From Octopus vulgaris (Eukaryota): DNA of 64,000 nucleotides. The position numbers and the translations under genes were made by a program. The stretch is taken from assembly GCA_951406725.2 (NCBI GenBank), contig OX597827.1, positions 67,890,001 through 67,954,000 of the forward strand, written 5' to 3'. The notes beneath the pieces are model-generated. The model worked only from the letters and a program-made list of their open reading frames with translations. It did not search any database and was not told the origin of the DNA. Positions 12,140-25,800 of the stretch are shown one piece after another (position 1 is the stretch's first letter; each line of letters opens with the position of its first letter).

Positions 12140-13429
12140 TATATAAATTATCCTCTATTTATCTAAAATCGAGGTCTCATACTTTTGTTGTTACTTTTAT
12201 TGTTATTTTCATTATTTCATTATTATATAAATATATATGTGTGTGCGTGTGGATACACGTATGTATAAGTACACACACGCGTATATGTTTACACGACGCG
12301 CTTCCACACAAGTTTCCATTTGCCAAACATATTCATAAGGCATTGAGAGGCCTGCAGCAAAAGACACTTGCACAAGGTTCCGGGTAGTGGAGTTAAACTG
12401 GGGTCCACGTGGTTTCGAAGCAAACGGCTCAGTCACACAATCACGTCGGAGCTGTGAGTATTTAAAATATTAAAATGAAATATATATATACTATTATACG
12501 GAACTGACAGACAAATATTTTGTTGTTGTAGTAGTAGTAGTTGTTGTTGCTTCTGTTGTTGTTGTTGTTGTTGTTTTAATTCCTTTAGTGACTTACATAA
12601 GTATTTTCAAAGAAACAGAAACAAAAAGAAAAATTAAAAACGCCAAACATCTTGGTATTTGGGATTTGTGGGTTGTCATGAAATATTAGAATTCCTGTTT
12701 ATTCTTGTGCACATTTGATCTGGAATGAACGATGGCATTTGTGCTCGTAGCCGATATCTGATATCTGGCTCATTTGTCAAAATGATCGATCACCAGTTTA
12801 CGTGGGCTGACTCGACAGGATGCCTTTCTCAAAATTATGACTTCCCCCCACCCCCCACCATACACCGGAGACAAATGATTAAATGATTACGGCATTGGAT
12901 TACAAGCACATTGTTTCTGAGATCACATCCCACCGAAGATACGCCGTTAAGTTTTTTGTAAAGTAGTGGATCTCCGTTGGTTTCGACGGTGATTATTCTC
13001 ATGTTTGATTCACTGCATTACGTGCTCTTTGAATTACCATGTAATCGGCAAAGTATTCCACAGACTTCTCCTGAGTATGACTTAACTGCATCCGGCTCGG
13101 GAATTCCAGGGGGTTTTGGGAAGCATGGAACCACCTCTTACATTGTTTTCATGTCTGCTTTGACCCCAAGTAGCAGCAACCTGTCAGAGTCTCAGCAAAG
13201 GGTTGAACTATATATCACGGAATTGCCCCCAGATGAATGTCACCCAAAGCAAATAAGGCCCTTCAGCTTTTTAGCTGCTCACTTAAGAAAAGCTAACTCC
13301 ACACAAATTCTGTTCCCTGATATCTACTGACCTCTTGATACTTGTTGTACCAGATCATACAAGTTCTCACGTTCACTTGCGTAGCTTTGCGACAGAATTC
13401 TCTGAGAGAACATCTTTCAGGAGACAGAA

Positions 13430-13892
13430 CCATGTTAAACGTTAAATACTTAACGTTAGATAAACGTTAACCGTTAGAGAAACGTTAAACATTAGAGAAA
13501 CGTTAGAGAAACTTTAGAGAAATGTTAAACGTTAGAGAAACGTTAAAGAAACGTTAGACGTTAGAGAAAAGTTAAACGTTAGAGAAACGTTAGAGAAACT
13601 TTAGAGAAATGTTAAACGTTAGAGAAACGTTAAAGAAACGTTAGACGTTAGAGAAAAGTTAAACGTTAGAGAAACGTTAGAGAAACTTTAGAGAAATGTT
13701 AAACGTTAGAGAAACGTTAAAGAAATGTTAGACGTTAGAGAACGTTAACCGTTAGAGAAACGTTAGAGAAACGTTAAACGTTAGAGAAACGTTAAAGTTA
13801 CGTTAAGCGTTAGAGAAAGCTTAACCGTTAGAGAAACGTTAACCGTTAGAGAAACGTTAAACGTTAGAGAAACGTTAAACGTTAGAAAAACG
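13430..13892. repeat. AACGTT-rich minisatellite (11-mer AACGTTAGAGA and 7-mer AACGTTA) with 87-bp higher-order unit
   Basis: CGTTAGAGAAACTTTAGAGAAATG recurs at 13501, 13588 and 13675. Confidence 0.9.
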
Positions 13893-13929
13893 CAACTGTT
13901 TCTTCTAATAAATACATCGAAAGCAAAAT

Positions 13930-14058
13930 TTTGTCACGGGCCCTTAAAATAATACTGTGGATCCCTACTTTACTTTTTTGCTTGTGCGCCCCCTCCCTCA
14001 CCCCTAAAATCTTATATGGAGCCCCAGGTATCACAGGGACCCCAGTTGACAAACACTG
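13930..14058 (-). mobile_element. End of a hAT-like MITE
   Basis: CAGTGTTTGTCAAC terminus; related ends at 22113-22148 and 38455-38570. Confidence 0.45.
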
Positions 14059-14499
14059 ACATGCAGTTTCCTCCCTGGCTTCTTGCTGTTGTTCTTGTAA
14101 TTGTTGTTGTTACTATTATTGTTTTTGCTGTTGTTTTTGTTGCTATGGTGATGGAAGTGTCATTTGGATAATGAATTCTTCGTTAAAATCTAACGTACGT
14201 ACAGTGTGCTAATCGTGTCTATGACGCAACCATTCTGAAGGAGGTTGCTTTATAACTTGACAAATGGTTTGACTAGTTATTACCATATCATCTGACTGCT
14301 GTTGTTGCTCAGCCTAAGTCGTAGCTGATAATGGATCTCCGCTCCTACTGTTCCACATACAAGTTATTTGGTCAATCTTTCTTTGAGTACATAGGTAAAT
14401 ACCAGATGGTATATATTTTATGCTTTCAATCAATATGAGCGTCCGTTGTGAAGCCGGAAAACCATAGAAGACTAAAAAAAAATCTAATGCTTTTTATGT

Positions 14500-14665
14500 A
14501 CTTTTTTCTAATCTTGGTACAAGGCAGGAAATTTTGAAGGGCGGGGTGAGGTGAGGGGGGGCAAGTCGATTACAAAGACCCCAGTATTTGACTGGTACTT
14601 AATTTTATCGATCTCGAAAGGATGAAATGCATAGTTGACCTCTGCGGGATTTGAGCTCAGAATTT
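14500..14665 (-). mobile_element. SINE family C, diverged, alternative tail
   Basis: Reverse complement of the CATCCTTTCG..TCGATAAA..AAGTACCAG body. Confidence 0.6.
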
Positions 14666-14765
14666 AGAGAGCCTGAAGAAACTTAGCTCTTCTGTATAAA
14701 AAGAAAAGAAGAACAGAAGAAAAATAACGACAAAGATAGATATGATAAGACAATTAAATGTTTGC

Positions 14766-14974
14766 TCTTTTTACTTGTTTCAGTCATTTGACTGTGGCCA
14801 TACTGGGGCACCGCCTTTAGTCGAGCAAATCGACCTCAGGACTTATTCTTTGAAAGCCTATAACTTATTCTATCGGTCTCTTTCGCCGAGCCGCTAAGTT
14901 GCGGGGAAGTAACACACCAGCATCTGTTGTCAAGCGATGTTTGGGGGACAAACACAGGCACACAAACATACACA

Positions 14975-15028
<54 letters not shown>

Positions 15029-15182
15029 TAAGATAGGCTTCTTTCAGGTTCCGTCTACCAAATCCAGTCTCAAGGCTTTGGTCGGCCCGAGGCTATAGTA
15101 GGAGACACTTGCCCAAGGTGCCACGCAGTGAGACCATGTGGTTCATAAGCAAGCTGCTTACCACTCAGCCACTCCTACGCCT
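14766..15182 (-). mobile_element. SINE family A, full length
   Basis: Reverse complement of 4647-5050. Confidence 0.88.
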
Positions 15183-15617
15183 CAAAACTTTTAAGTAACT
15201 TCCAAGAAATGTAAGATCTTATTCATGACCGGTAGAACTTCTACAGACTGAATTTATCTCCAAGCTTAGTAAGATCAATTCCAAGACCAGCCACCCTTGA
15301 ACTGATAGGCTTTTACACTGGAACAAATAAGACCATAATCTCTATGGATATAAAGGGGGATTCCATAAATCCTGGTTGCCATAGAAAACAGTTTAAAGGG
15401 GTGTGACAAGTTTGTACCCAACAGAATCTGTGTATATTAAATACCGTTCAGTATCTGATAGGTTTTAGGCGGTGAGCGGGAAGAATCAGCATTTTGTTTG
15501 TCATTACCTTCAAATTCCGCCGGGGTCGATAAAATAAGTACCAGTTGAGTACAGGGATCGATCTAATCGACTCAGTCCCTCCCCTGGATTCGCTGGCCTT
15601 GGGTCAAAATTTGAAAG

Positions 15618-16315
<698 letters not shown>

Positions 16316-16324
16316 GCTATTATT

Positions 16325-16576
16325 GAGTGAGAGAGCAGTGCATGCCATAAAAGTGACACTGGGGTAAAATATACGAAGCCCAGTATACTTGTCATCATGA
16401 CTACCCGTCTGATAAGGGTACACTAGGCACATGCATCACAACCATATGTGCGCGACATAGTGATCTACTATCAAGATAAATAGCGCATGACCTTGCAGGT
16501 GAGGGCCGAGTTAAAATTTTCTTCTGGTCGAGTAGATCCCGTTCAAAAGGACCCTGCCTGGTACTGCATCAGGGCA
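16325..16576. mobile_element. Family D, internally deleted copy
   Basis: Shares both ends with 15655-16210. Confidence 0.7.
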
Positions 16577-16587
16577 TTATTATTATT

Positions 16588-16653
<66 letters not shown>

Positions 16654-16959
16654 ATTGTTGTTGTTATCAATTAGTATCGTTTTCTGATATCAGTTACAGT
16701 GTTGAAGTTTACAAAATATTCCTATCTTCCCTAAGAATATAGAATGTATCAGACAAAGTTGCAAAGCAGATAGGGGTACATCCGCCTTGAAAAGCTGCAC
16801 CCCGATATAAAATTTCTGCAAGTTATTTCAGTGGGCTTCATTCAGCCTGGTGCATACCAGCACCCCCATAAAAATTTAGGGAAACTCCCAACCTATCAAT
16901 TTTTTATGTCATCAAAATACAGTTAGTAGCTATATCAGTAGTTCTCATTTTTAACCTAT

Positions 16960-17187
16960 TTCTTTACTACCCTCAAGGGGCTAAACACAGAAGGTACAAA
17001 CAAGGACAGACAAACGGATTAAGTCGATTAGATCGACCCCAGTGCGTAACTGGTACTTATTTAATCGACCCCGAAAGGATGAAAGGCAAAGTCGACCTCG
17101 GCGAAATTTGAACTCAGAACGTAGCGACAGACGAAATACTGCTGAGCATTTCGCCCGGAGTGCTAACGATTCTGCCAGCTCACCGCC
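16960..17187 (-). mobile_element. SINE family C, full-length monomer, 12-bp TSD
   Basis: TTTTTAACCTAT at 16948-16959 and 17188-17199. Confidence 0.88.
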
Positions 17188-17267
17188 TTTTTAACCTATG
17201 GACTCCTTCATTTCCTATTTTACTCGGGTAGACCTTCATAGCCATTTGATAATACACGGGGGTCATT

Positions 17268-17590
17268 GGTAAAGACCCCCTTCGGTTTTGAATGACCATA
17301 GGACTGCACCCTCCGAAGCAAACGTCCAGATAAGGTTGTTTATTGAAGACCAGCAGTCACCCATGCACACCAGCCTACGCTCTCCTTACCACTGATGTTA
17401 TCCAAGGGAAAAGCAAAGGCCGAAACAGCTTGGCACCAGTCACAACTGATTTTTACAGCTGAGTGAAAGGGTGCAACGTGAAATAAAGAGACTTGCTCCA
17501 GAGCACAACACACAGTCAAGTCTGGGAATCGAACTCACTACCTCGTGATTGTGAGCTCGACGCGCTTTAACCACTGAGCCATGCCCCTTC
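17268..17590 (-). mobile_element. tRNA-derived SINE family E
   Basis: Minus-strand A box TGGCTCAGTGG and B box GAGTTCGATTCCC; head related to 47238-47488. Confidence 0.75.
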
Positions 17591-17699
17591 ATATAGCTAC
17601 CACTATGCGACTTTACGCATTCCTTCTTTTCCAAATGCAAAACTGTTCTGATTGATATGAGGGAGATATGGCAGCTATTGGTAGCAAGTTGATCCCTCT

Positions 17700-18183
17700 T
17701 TAATGATGATAATGATGATGATGATGATAATGATGGTAGTGGTGGTAGTGGTGTGGTCGTCGTCGTGGTATTGTTGTTGTAGTTGATGGTGGTAATGGTG
17801 GTGGTGATGATGGTGATGGTGGCCGTGGCCGTGGTCATGGTATTGTTGTTGTTGGTGGTGGTGATAATGGTGATGGTGGCCGTGGTCGCGGTCATGATAT
17901 TATTGTTGTTGGTGGTGGTGGGGATAGTAGTGGTGGTGTATTGTTGTTGTTGGTGGTGGTGGTGGTGGTGGTGGTGGTGGTAGTGGTGCTGGTGCTGGTG
18001 GTGGTTGTCGTGGTGGTGGTGGTGTTTTTGATGGTAGTGATGGTGGTGATGATGGTGGTGGTGGTGGTGGTAGTGATGGTGGTGATGATGGTGGTGGTAA
18101 TATTGTTGTTGTTGTTGTTGGTGGTCGTGGTGGTGGTCGTGGTGGTGGTCGTGGTTGTGGTGGTGGTGGTATTGGTGGTGGTC
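17700..18183. repeat. (GGT)n/(GAT)n/(GTT)n trinucleotide tract
   Basis: Directly visible. Confidence 0.9.
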
Positions 18184-18652
18184 AAAGGACTGAGGTGATT
18201 TGTGAGTGGTTTATATAGGGAGGTCAGCGGCCGTTCAAGCAAGGAGAAGATTACTTTAGCCAAGAAACTGGTTAAGATGTATAAACAGACAAGTCATACT
18301 AATAATATACACACACAAACACACGCACACAAGATATGTACATAGATACACATAACACATACGTATACATATATACACATCAATACGATATTTATAAACA
18401 TACATTTGTACATCCACGACCACACGAATACTAGCACGCGAATGTGATATAAGACCACATGTGCGTGACTGGCTATACACATACATACATATATACATAC
18501 ATACATACATACATACATACATACACATGCATACATACATGCATACACACATACATTCATACATATCTTCTGAAGTCACACACGTACAGTAATAAACAAA
18601 CGAACGGAAAAAAGATACAGAAAGTTAAGTTGAAAAACATGCTAAATGCACG

Positions 18653-18688
<36 letters not shown>

Positions 18689-18735
18689 CAATGATAAATC
18701 TCAGAGCGAGTTATAAACAGTAGCGGTAACACATC

Positions 18736-18989
18736 GTGATGCATATTTGCCATTTGAATATGGCTAACCCATAAGGGTGGATGCTACTGTAGTTTGTAGC
18801 CCCAGGAATATATCTCCTCCAGCTGGCCATAGACATGTGTTGAAGACGGGGAGGATGACTCCCCTTCACAAATACTGAGAGGACACAGATAGTGTGTCTA
18901 TGGCCAGCTGGAGGAGATATCTTCCTGGGGCTACAAACTACAGTAGCATCCACCCTTATGGGTTAGCCATATTCAAATGGCAAATATGC

Positions 18990-18994
<5 letters not shown>
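18736..18994. repeat. Fold-back: 100-bp inverted arms with 59-bp spacer
   Basis: 18736-18835 is the reverse complement of 18895-18994 with one mismatch seen. Confidence 0.92.
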
Positions 18995-19025
<31 letters not shown>

Positions 19026-19034
19026 TTTTATTCT

Positions 19035-19204
19035 TTTATTCTCATATTTGTTTCAGTCGTTTGACTGTGGTCATGCTGGACCACTGCCTTTAGTCGAGCA
19101 AATCATCCCCAGGACTTATTCTTTGTAAGCCTAGTGCTTATTGTATCGGTCACTCTTGCCGAACAGCTAAGTTACGGGGACGTGAATACACCAGCATCGG
19201 TTGT

Positions 19205-19281
<77 letters not shown>

Positions 19282-20220
19282 CGGGAAGCTTTATGAAAAT
19301 AAACAAAAGACGAAGGCAGGTGGAAAACAAACGAACAATTGTATTAGTATGGCGCTCAGGAAATATAAATAAAACAAGTCTTTAACGTTTCGAGCCTACG
19401 CTCTTCAACAGAAAGATACACAGAGAGAGAAAAACACAGAAAGAAGGAGAGAAAAAAATGCGTGTAGTAGCTAACGAATCAACATGGCGATCTGATTTCG
19501 GCCAGAGGTCAAAGATCAAACATGAGACGCGAGAGCGAAATAAGGGGAGATAATAGGGTTGATAAAAGGGTTGAGGGACCAGCTAAAAGTGCGTGGGAGG
19601 GGTCTGGATGTGTGTATGTATAGGGTTGGTGTATGTATTAGTATGTATAAGGGTGTGTGTGTGTGTGTGTGTGTGTGTATGAGAGAGTATTAGTGCGTAA
19701 GATTGGTCTGGACGTGCGTATGTATGGGGTTGGTGTATGTATTAGTATGTATTAGTATGTATTAGTATGTATTAGTACGTATTGGTATGTATAGGTGTGT
19801 GTGTGTGTGTGTGAGAGAGTATAAGTGCGTATGCGGGGTCTGGACGTGTGTATGTATAGGGTTGGTGTAAGTATTAGTATGTACTAGTATGTATTAGTAC
19901 GTATTAGTAGGTATTAGTTGGTGTGTGTATTAGTATGGCACATCATATGTGATGTGATGTGTAAAGTCATGTGGTGTAGTGAGGAGAAGAGGGGGAGGGG
20001 GAGAAGAGGGGGAGAGAAGGGGAGGGGAAGAAGGGGGGAGAGACATATATATATATGACGGGCTTCTTTCAGTTTTCGTCTACTAAATCCATTCATAAGG
20101 CTTTGGTCGGCCCGAGGCTATAGAATAAGATACTTGCCTGAGGTGTCACGCGGTGGGACTGAATCCGGAACCATGCGGTTCGTAAGCAAGATACTTACCA
20201 TATTGCCACTCTTGCGCCTA
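19035..20220 (-). mobile_element. SINE family A split by an insertion in its internal microsatellite
   Basis: 3' half 19035-19207, 5' half 20056-20220, insert ~19281-20040. Confidence 0.75.
19379..19416 (-). ncRNA. Minimal type I hammerhead-like motif (variant core)
   Basis: UCUUU-CUGUUGA-A-GAGC guag GCUC-GAAAC-GUU-AAAGA; core differs from CUGANGA at A6. Confidence 0.5.
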
Positions 20221-20263
<43 letters not shown>

Positions 20264-20275
20264 ATATATATATAT

Positions 20276-20334
<59 letters not shown>

Positions 20335-20502
20335 TATACATACATATATACATACATACATATATATATATACATAAATGACAGGCTTCTATCTATGTAT
20401 GTATGGCGCCGTGCTTGATGGCTAAATCCACACACAAACACAAACCTACACGAACACTCAAACACATACACAAGCACACACTAACATGCACACACATACA
20501 CA

Positions 20503-20554
<52 letters not shown>

Positions 20555-20959
20555 AATATTTTCCCGTTGAGTCGTCTTGATTTGCTAAAAAGAATCCCTC
20601 GCAGCTTCAATATCAGCAAAGTGACAGACATGTTCCCAAAAGGTTGACCAACAGGGCAAAGGACATTAGGGCTTAGATTAATTGTCCTTATTTTGTCCCC
20701 ACCTCGTACAGGTCCCTTAAGAGACCAAAAAAGAGATTGGAGACTTCAGATTTTCGGAATGTTTCCAAACCTAGCAGATAACGAAGTTTCTGCGGTTATT
20801 TATATTCATTCACTGTCTCTGAATGTCATCGAGACGTGACTGGATAATGTCGCTGCAATTAGAGCTGGTGGTGGTGGTGGTGCTGTTGTTGTTGTTGTTT
20901 TTTGTGGTGGTGGTGGTGATGCTGGTGGTAGTTGTGGTGGTGTTGCTGTTGTTGGTTGT

Positions 20960-21530
20960 GGTGGCGGTGGTGGTAGCGGCGGTGAAGGTTTCTAGTGGTC
21001 CTAGAAGGTTTCTAGTGATGGTGCTTGCGTTAGTGATGGTGATGGTGGTGGTGGTGGTGGTTACGTTAGTGATGGTGATGGTGGTAGTGGTGGCGGTGGT
21101 GGTAGCGGCGGTGAAGGTTTCTAGTGGTCCTGCTGTGATGGTGGTTGCGTTAGTGGTGGTGATGGTGGTGGTGGTGGCAGTGGTGCTGTTGGTGGTAGTG
21201 GTGGTGGTGGTGGTAGCAGCGGTGACGGTTTCTAGTGGTCCTGCTGTGATGGTGGTTGCGTTAGTGATGGTGGTAGTGGTGGTGGTTGTGGTGGTGGTGG
21301 CAGTGGTGCTATTGGTGGTTGTGGTAGTAGCGGTGGTGGTAGCGGCGGTGAAAGTTTCTAGTGGTCCTGCTTTGATGGTGCTTGCGTTAGTGGTGGTGAT
21401 GGTGGTGGTGGTGGTGGTGGTGGTGGTTGTGGTAGTAGCGGTGGTGGTAGCAGCGGTGAAGGTTTCTAGTGGTCCTGCTGTGATGGTGGTCGCGTTAGTG
21501 GTGGTGATGGTGATGGTGGTGGTGGTGGTG
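20960..21530. repeat. ~110-130-bp minisatellite, 5 copies, in a (GGT)n background
   Basis: GCGGTGAAGGTTTCTAGTGGTCCT anchor at ~20979, 21108, 21219, 21345 and 21453. Confidence 0.85.
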
Positions 21531-22174
21531 GTGGTGGCAGTGGGCTGTTGGTGGTTGTGGTATAAGCGGTGATGGTTTGTAGTGGTGCTGCTGTGATAGT
21601 GGTGGCGGTAGTGGTGTTGGTGGCGGCGACACAGTGTTGGTGGCGGCAGTGATTGTGGTGGTGGTTGCGGTGGTAGTATTGGTGGTGGTAGCGGTAGTGG
21701 TTGCGGTAGTGGTAGTGGCAGTGATGGGTCTGTAGTACTGCCGCTGTAATGGTGCTGCAGTGATGGTGGCGATGGTGGTGGAAGTGATGCTGCTGCTGCT
21801 GCTGCTGCTACTGTTGCTGGTGATGTTGGTAGGGGCGGGGTGGAGGTGGTGGTTGTGTTTGTTGTGATGGTGCTGATGCTGGTGGTATTGGCTGTGTGGT
21901 GATGGTGGCGATGAATGTGTTGGTGGCGGTGGTGGTGGTTTTGTAATTTTTGCTGTCATTTTGTTATTGATCTTGTTAAAGCTGTTGTTGCTGATTTTGT
22001 TGTTGATGATAGAAATAATGATGAGGAGGGAGGTGAGGAGGAGGGAGATGATGATGAGGGAGATGATGAGGAAGGAGATGAGGAGGAGGGCGAGGAAGAG
22101 GATGTTCTAAACCAGTGTTTCACAACCATTTTTAGTTATGGACCCTTTTCATTTTTACCTCACCTCTTTTTTTC

Positions 22175-22387
22175 TCTTTTTACTTGTATCAATCGTTTTG
22201 ACTGCTGCCATGCTGGAGTACCGCCTTTAATCGAGAAAACTCGACCCCGGGACTTATTCTTTCGTAAGCCCAGTACTTATTCTATCGGTCTCTTTTGCCG
22301 AACCGCTAAGTGACAGGGACATAAACACACCAGCATCGGTTGTCAAGCAATGCTAGGGGGACAAACATAGACACACAAACATACACG

Positions 22388-22447
<60 letters not shown>

Positions 22448-22613
22448 TACGACGGGCTTCTTTCAGTTTCCGTCTACCAAATCCACTCACAAGGCTTTGG
22501 TCGGTCCGAGGCTATAGTAGAAGACACTTGCCCAAGATGCCACGTTGTGGGACTGAACCCGGAACCATGTGACTGGTAAACAAGCTACTTACCACACAGC
22601 CACTCCTGCGCCT
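22175..22613 (-). mobile_element. SINE family A, full length
   Basis: Reverse complement of 4647-5050. Confidence 0.9.
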
Positions 22614-22828
22614 ACCTGTTTGGGCTCTCAGCCATTCCGTGTTTTAAAAATACAAAGAAAATGATATTTTACCAGCTTACAGCTTATAAGCGATCACCGT
22701 GTATTGACCAAAGAAAATAGTCTAATACTGAGGCAAAAGTGGCTTTTCTATGTGTGTGTGTGTGTACACATACAAACTCACACACACACATATATAATCA
22801 AAATAAGCATCAGGATATCAAGAATAGA

Positions 22829-22914
22829 TGCAGTACGACCGTTTCAAGCGACTCCATTTAAATGACCAATGCAATCCTTACAGCAATTTAAATGCAATGC
22901 CATCTTCAGCTGCA
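22829..22914 (-). ncRNA. Type I hammerhead motif with long stem II region
   Basis: UGCAG-CUGAAGA-[57 nt]-GAAAC-gguc-GUA-CUGCA; homologues at 53596 and 53828; host element ~22797-23222 between microsatellites. Confidence 0.6.
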
Positions 22915-23220
22915 CAAATAGATAAATGGAATTTTAACAAATAGGACACATTAATATAGTTTTTCTTAAATATTTTAACAGATCAAGGAAATAGAAATTC
23001 ATGTTGTCGCTATTGTAGCTAAGAATAGACTACAACATCTAAGAATCGCATGAATCATAGGGTTGTAAAGGTTGTAATTCATTTCTAATTCATTTATCTC
23101 TTTTATCAACTACTAAATCTAAAACTAAAAGTCTGTCTATTTTGAATAAAGGACCAGAATGAGTTGAGAACCCATGGCTAGGTATGGTCATAAATATTAT
23201 TAAGTACCTAATTCAACTGA

Positions 23221-23254
<34 letters not shown>

Positions 23255-23460
23255 TAGCAACAGCTGATGACGGTGGATTTGTGTAGCATGTCCTGTACTT
23301 GTTTTCTTGTTGTAAATTTTTGTTTTTCCCGTTTCTACGTCTTGTTGTGGTGTCCTGTACTCACGTATATTTACTTATATATATGCATGTATATATACAT
23401 GTAGATGTAGGTACGTACATATATGTTTGTATGTATGCATATATTTTTATTTATTACATT

Positions 23461-23621
<161 letters not shown>

Positions 23622-23850
23622 TATACATAAGTTTTAATTCAAAACTTATGAAAACAAGACATTTTTACTCAGAGCCAGAGCCGGTTTCAACCGGGTTGGT
23701 CACAAACAACAACAACAACAACAATACAAAAATCAACAACCTCTCTGATTTGGAAGGAGGGATAAAATGAGGCGGAGTTTAAGGTTAAGAAAGGTCGGGA
23801 AGGGTCAAACAGCAGTAGCGGTCAGTAAAAAGAGCTGTGTGTGGTATGTC

Positions 23851-23887
<37 letters not shown>

Positions 23888-24009
23888 CCAAGCATTGAGT
23901 TGAGCTTTAGTGATAAGCTCCTGGCTGCTGTCAAAAGAGGAGAGAGAAAGTTTACAAGATGTTTTTTAATAAATATAGATGGTCGGTGGCTATGGTATTT
24001 TTTCTTTCC

Positions 24010-24365
24010 TTTTCTTTTACTTGTTTCAGTCATTTGACTGTGCCCATGCTGGAGCACCGCCTTTAGTCGACGAAATCCCCCCCCCAGGACTTATTCTTTG
24101 TAAGCCTAGTACTTATTCTATCGGTCTCTTCTGTCGAACCGCTAAGTTACGGGGACGTAAACACACCATCATCGGTTGACATGCGATGTTGGGGGACAAT
24201 CACAGACACACAAACATACACAAACACATACATACACACACACACACACACGACGGGCTTACAAGCAATTTCTTTCTACCAACATCACTCACAAAGCATT
24301 GGCCGGCCTGGAGTTATAGAAGAAGACATTTGCCCAAGGTGTCGCATAGTGAGGCTGAACCCCAA
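24010..24365 (-). mobile_element. SINE family A, head degenerate
   Basis: Reverse complement of family A. Confidence 0.8.
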
Positions 24366-24462
24366 AGTACATCATTTGACGGTAACCATAGAACCATACC
24401 TACGCTTCTAAAGGGCTATTTTTGAAATGGTTCCATGTAAATGCCCCATAGAACTCTCTCCT

Positions 24463-24583
<121 letters not shown>

Positions 24584-24589
24584 GATCAT

Positions 24590-24874
24590 TTCTCTTTTCT
24601 TTTGTTCCTTTTCCTTTTTTTTTTGTTCTTTTTTTTCCACTTTTACGATCCCTTTTGATCGAAAACCTACGCCACCTTTTTTTGTTTCTTTTGTTTTTTG
24701 TTTTTTGTTTTTTTCATCCCCCAAAAGAAAAGCTCTACCTTGTAACTTGTCCCATCTGTGTGCAGCCCTGTGTGGCCAATAAAGAAACTTATCTATCTAT
24801 CCATCTATCTATCTATCTACCTACCTACCTACCTATCTTTCTATCTATCTATCAATTTATCTATCTATCCATCC

Positions 24875-24929
<55 letters not shown>

Positions 24930-24930
24930 C

Positions 24931-24977
<47 letters not shown>

Positions 24978-24994
24978 CATCTATCTATCTATCA

Positions 24995-25033
<39 letters not shown>

Positions 25034-25120
25034 ATCTATCCATCTATCTATCTATCTGTGTGCAGCCCTGTGTGGCTAATAAAGAAACATATCTATCTAT
25101 CCATCCATCTATCTATCTCA

Positions 25121-25168
<48 letters not shown>

Positions 25169-25800
25169 CATCTATCTATCTATCCATCCATCTATCTATC
25201 TATCTATCCATCTATCTATCTGAAAAAAGAAGAAAAAAGGGGAAAAAAGGGGGAAGAGGAAAAAAAACGATCAATAGGGATCGTGTATCACAGTGTTATG
25301 ATATATGGTGTAAAGGGGAAAGCAAGTAAGGTTTATCCGTGGGAAGAAAAGCCTACGAAAAAGACCACGGTAACCTTGGTCAATATTGTTATATGTTACC
25401 ACATTTGTTTGCAAGTGGGTAACCCTCTGTTTTCAATTTCTCGGTTCATAGGGATTATGCTCAAGGTGGCTTCGTCATTCATACGTGCCATCCTTGCTAC
25501 ATTCACCCATCTTTTTTTAAAACATTCGCTAGACAAAACTTGCCTTTTTTCTTCTTTTTTCATTTCTCTTTCCTTTTGTTCCTTTTCCTTTTCTTTTTTT
25601 TCTTTTTATTCCTTTTATTTTATTCAAATTTTTTTTTTGTTTTTGTTCTTTTCTTCCCTTTTACGATCCCTCTTGATCGAAAACTTACGCCACCCCTTTT
25701 TTTTTCTTTTGTTTTTTGTTCTCTTCATCCCCCAAAAGAAAAGCTCTACCTTGTAACTTGTCCCATCTGTGTGCAGCCCTGTGTGGCCAATAAAGAAACT
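24590..25800. mobile_element. Cluster of Tx1/L1-like LINE 3' ends in (CTAT)n, including a 5'-inverted copy
   Basis: Plus-strand 3' ends at 24590-24790, 25054-25088 and 25550-25800; minus segment 25265-25545 encodes RQVLSSECFKKRWVNVARMARMNDEATLSII, homologous to 63426-63530. Confidence 0.75.

Noticed and set aside
13430-13892. CRISPR-like regular repeats
   Set aside because: No unique spacers, no cas genes, eukaryotic context; simple minisatellite
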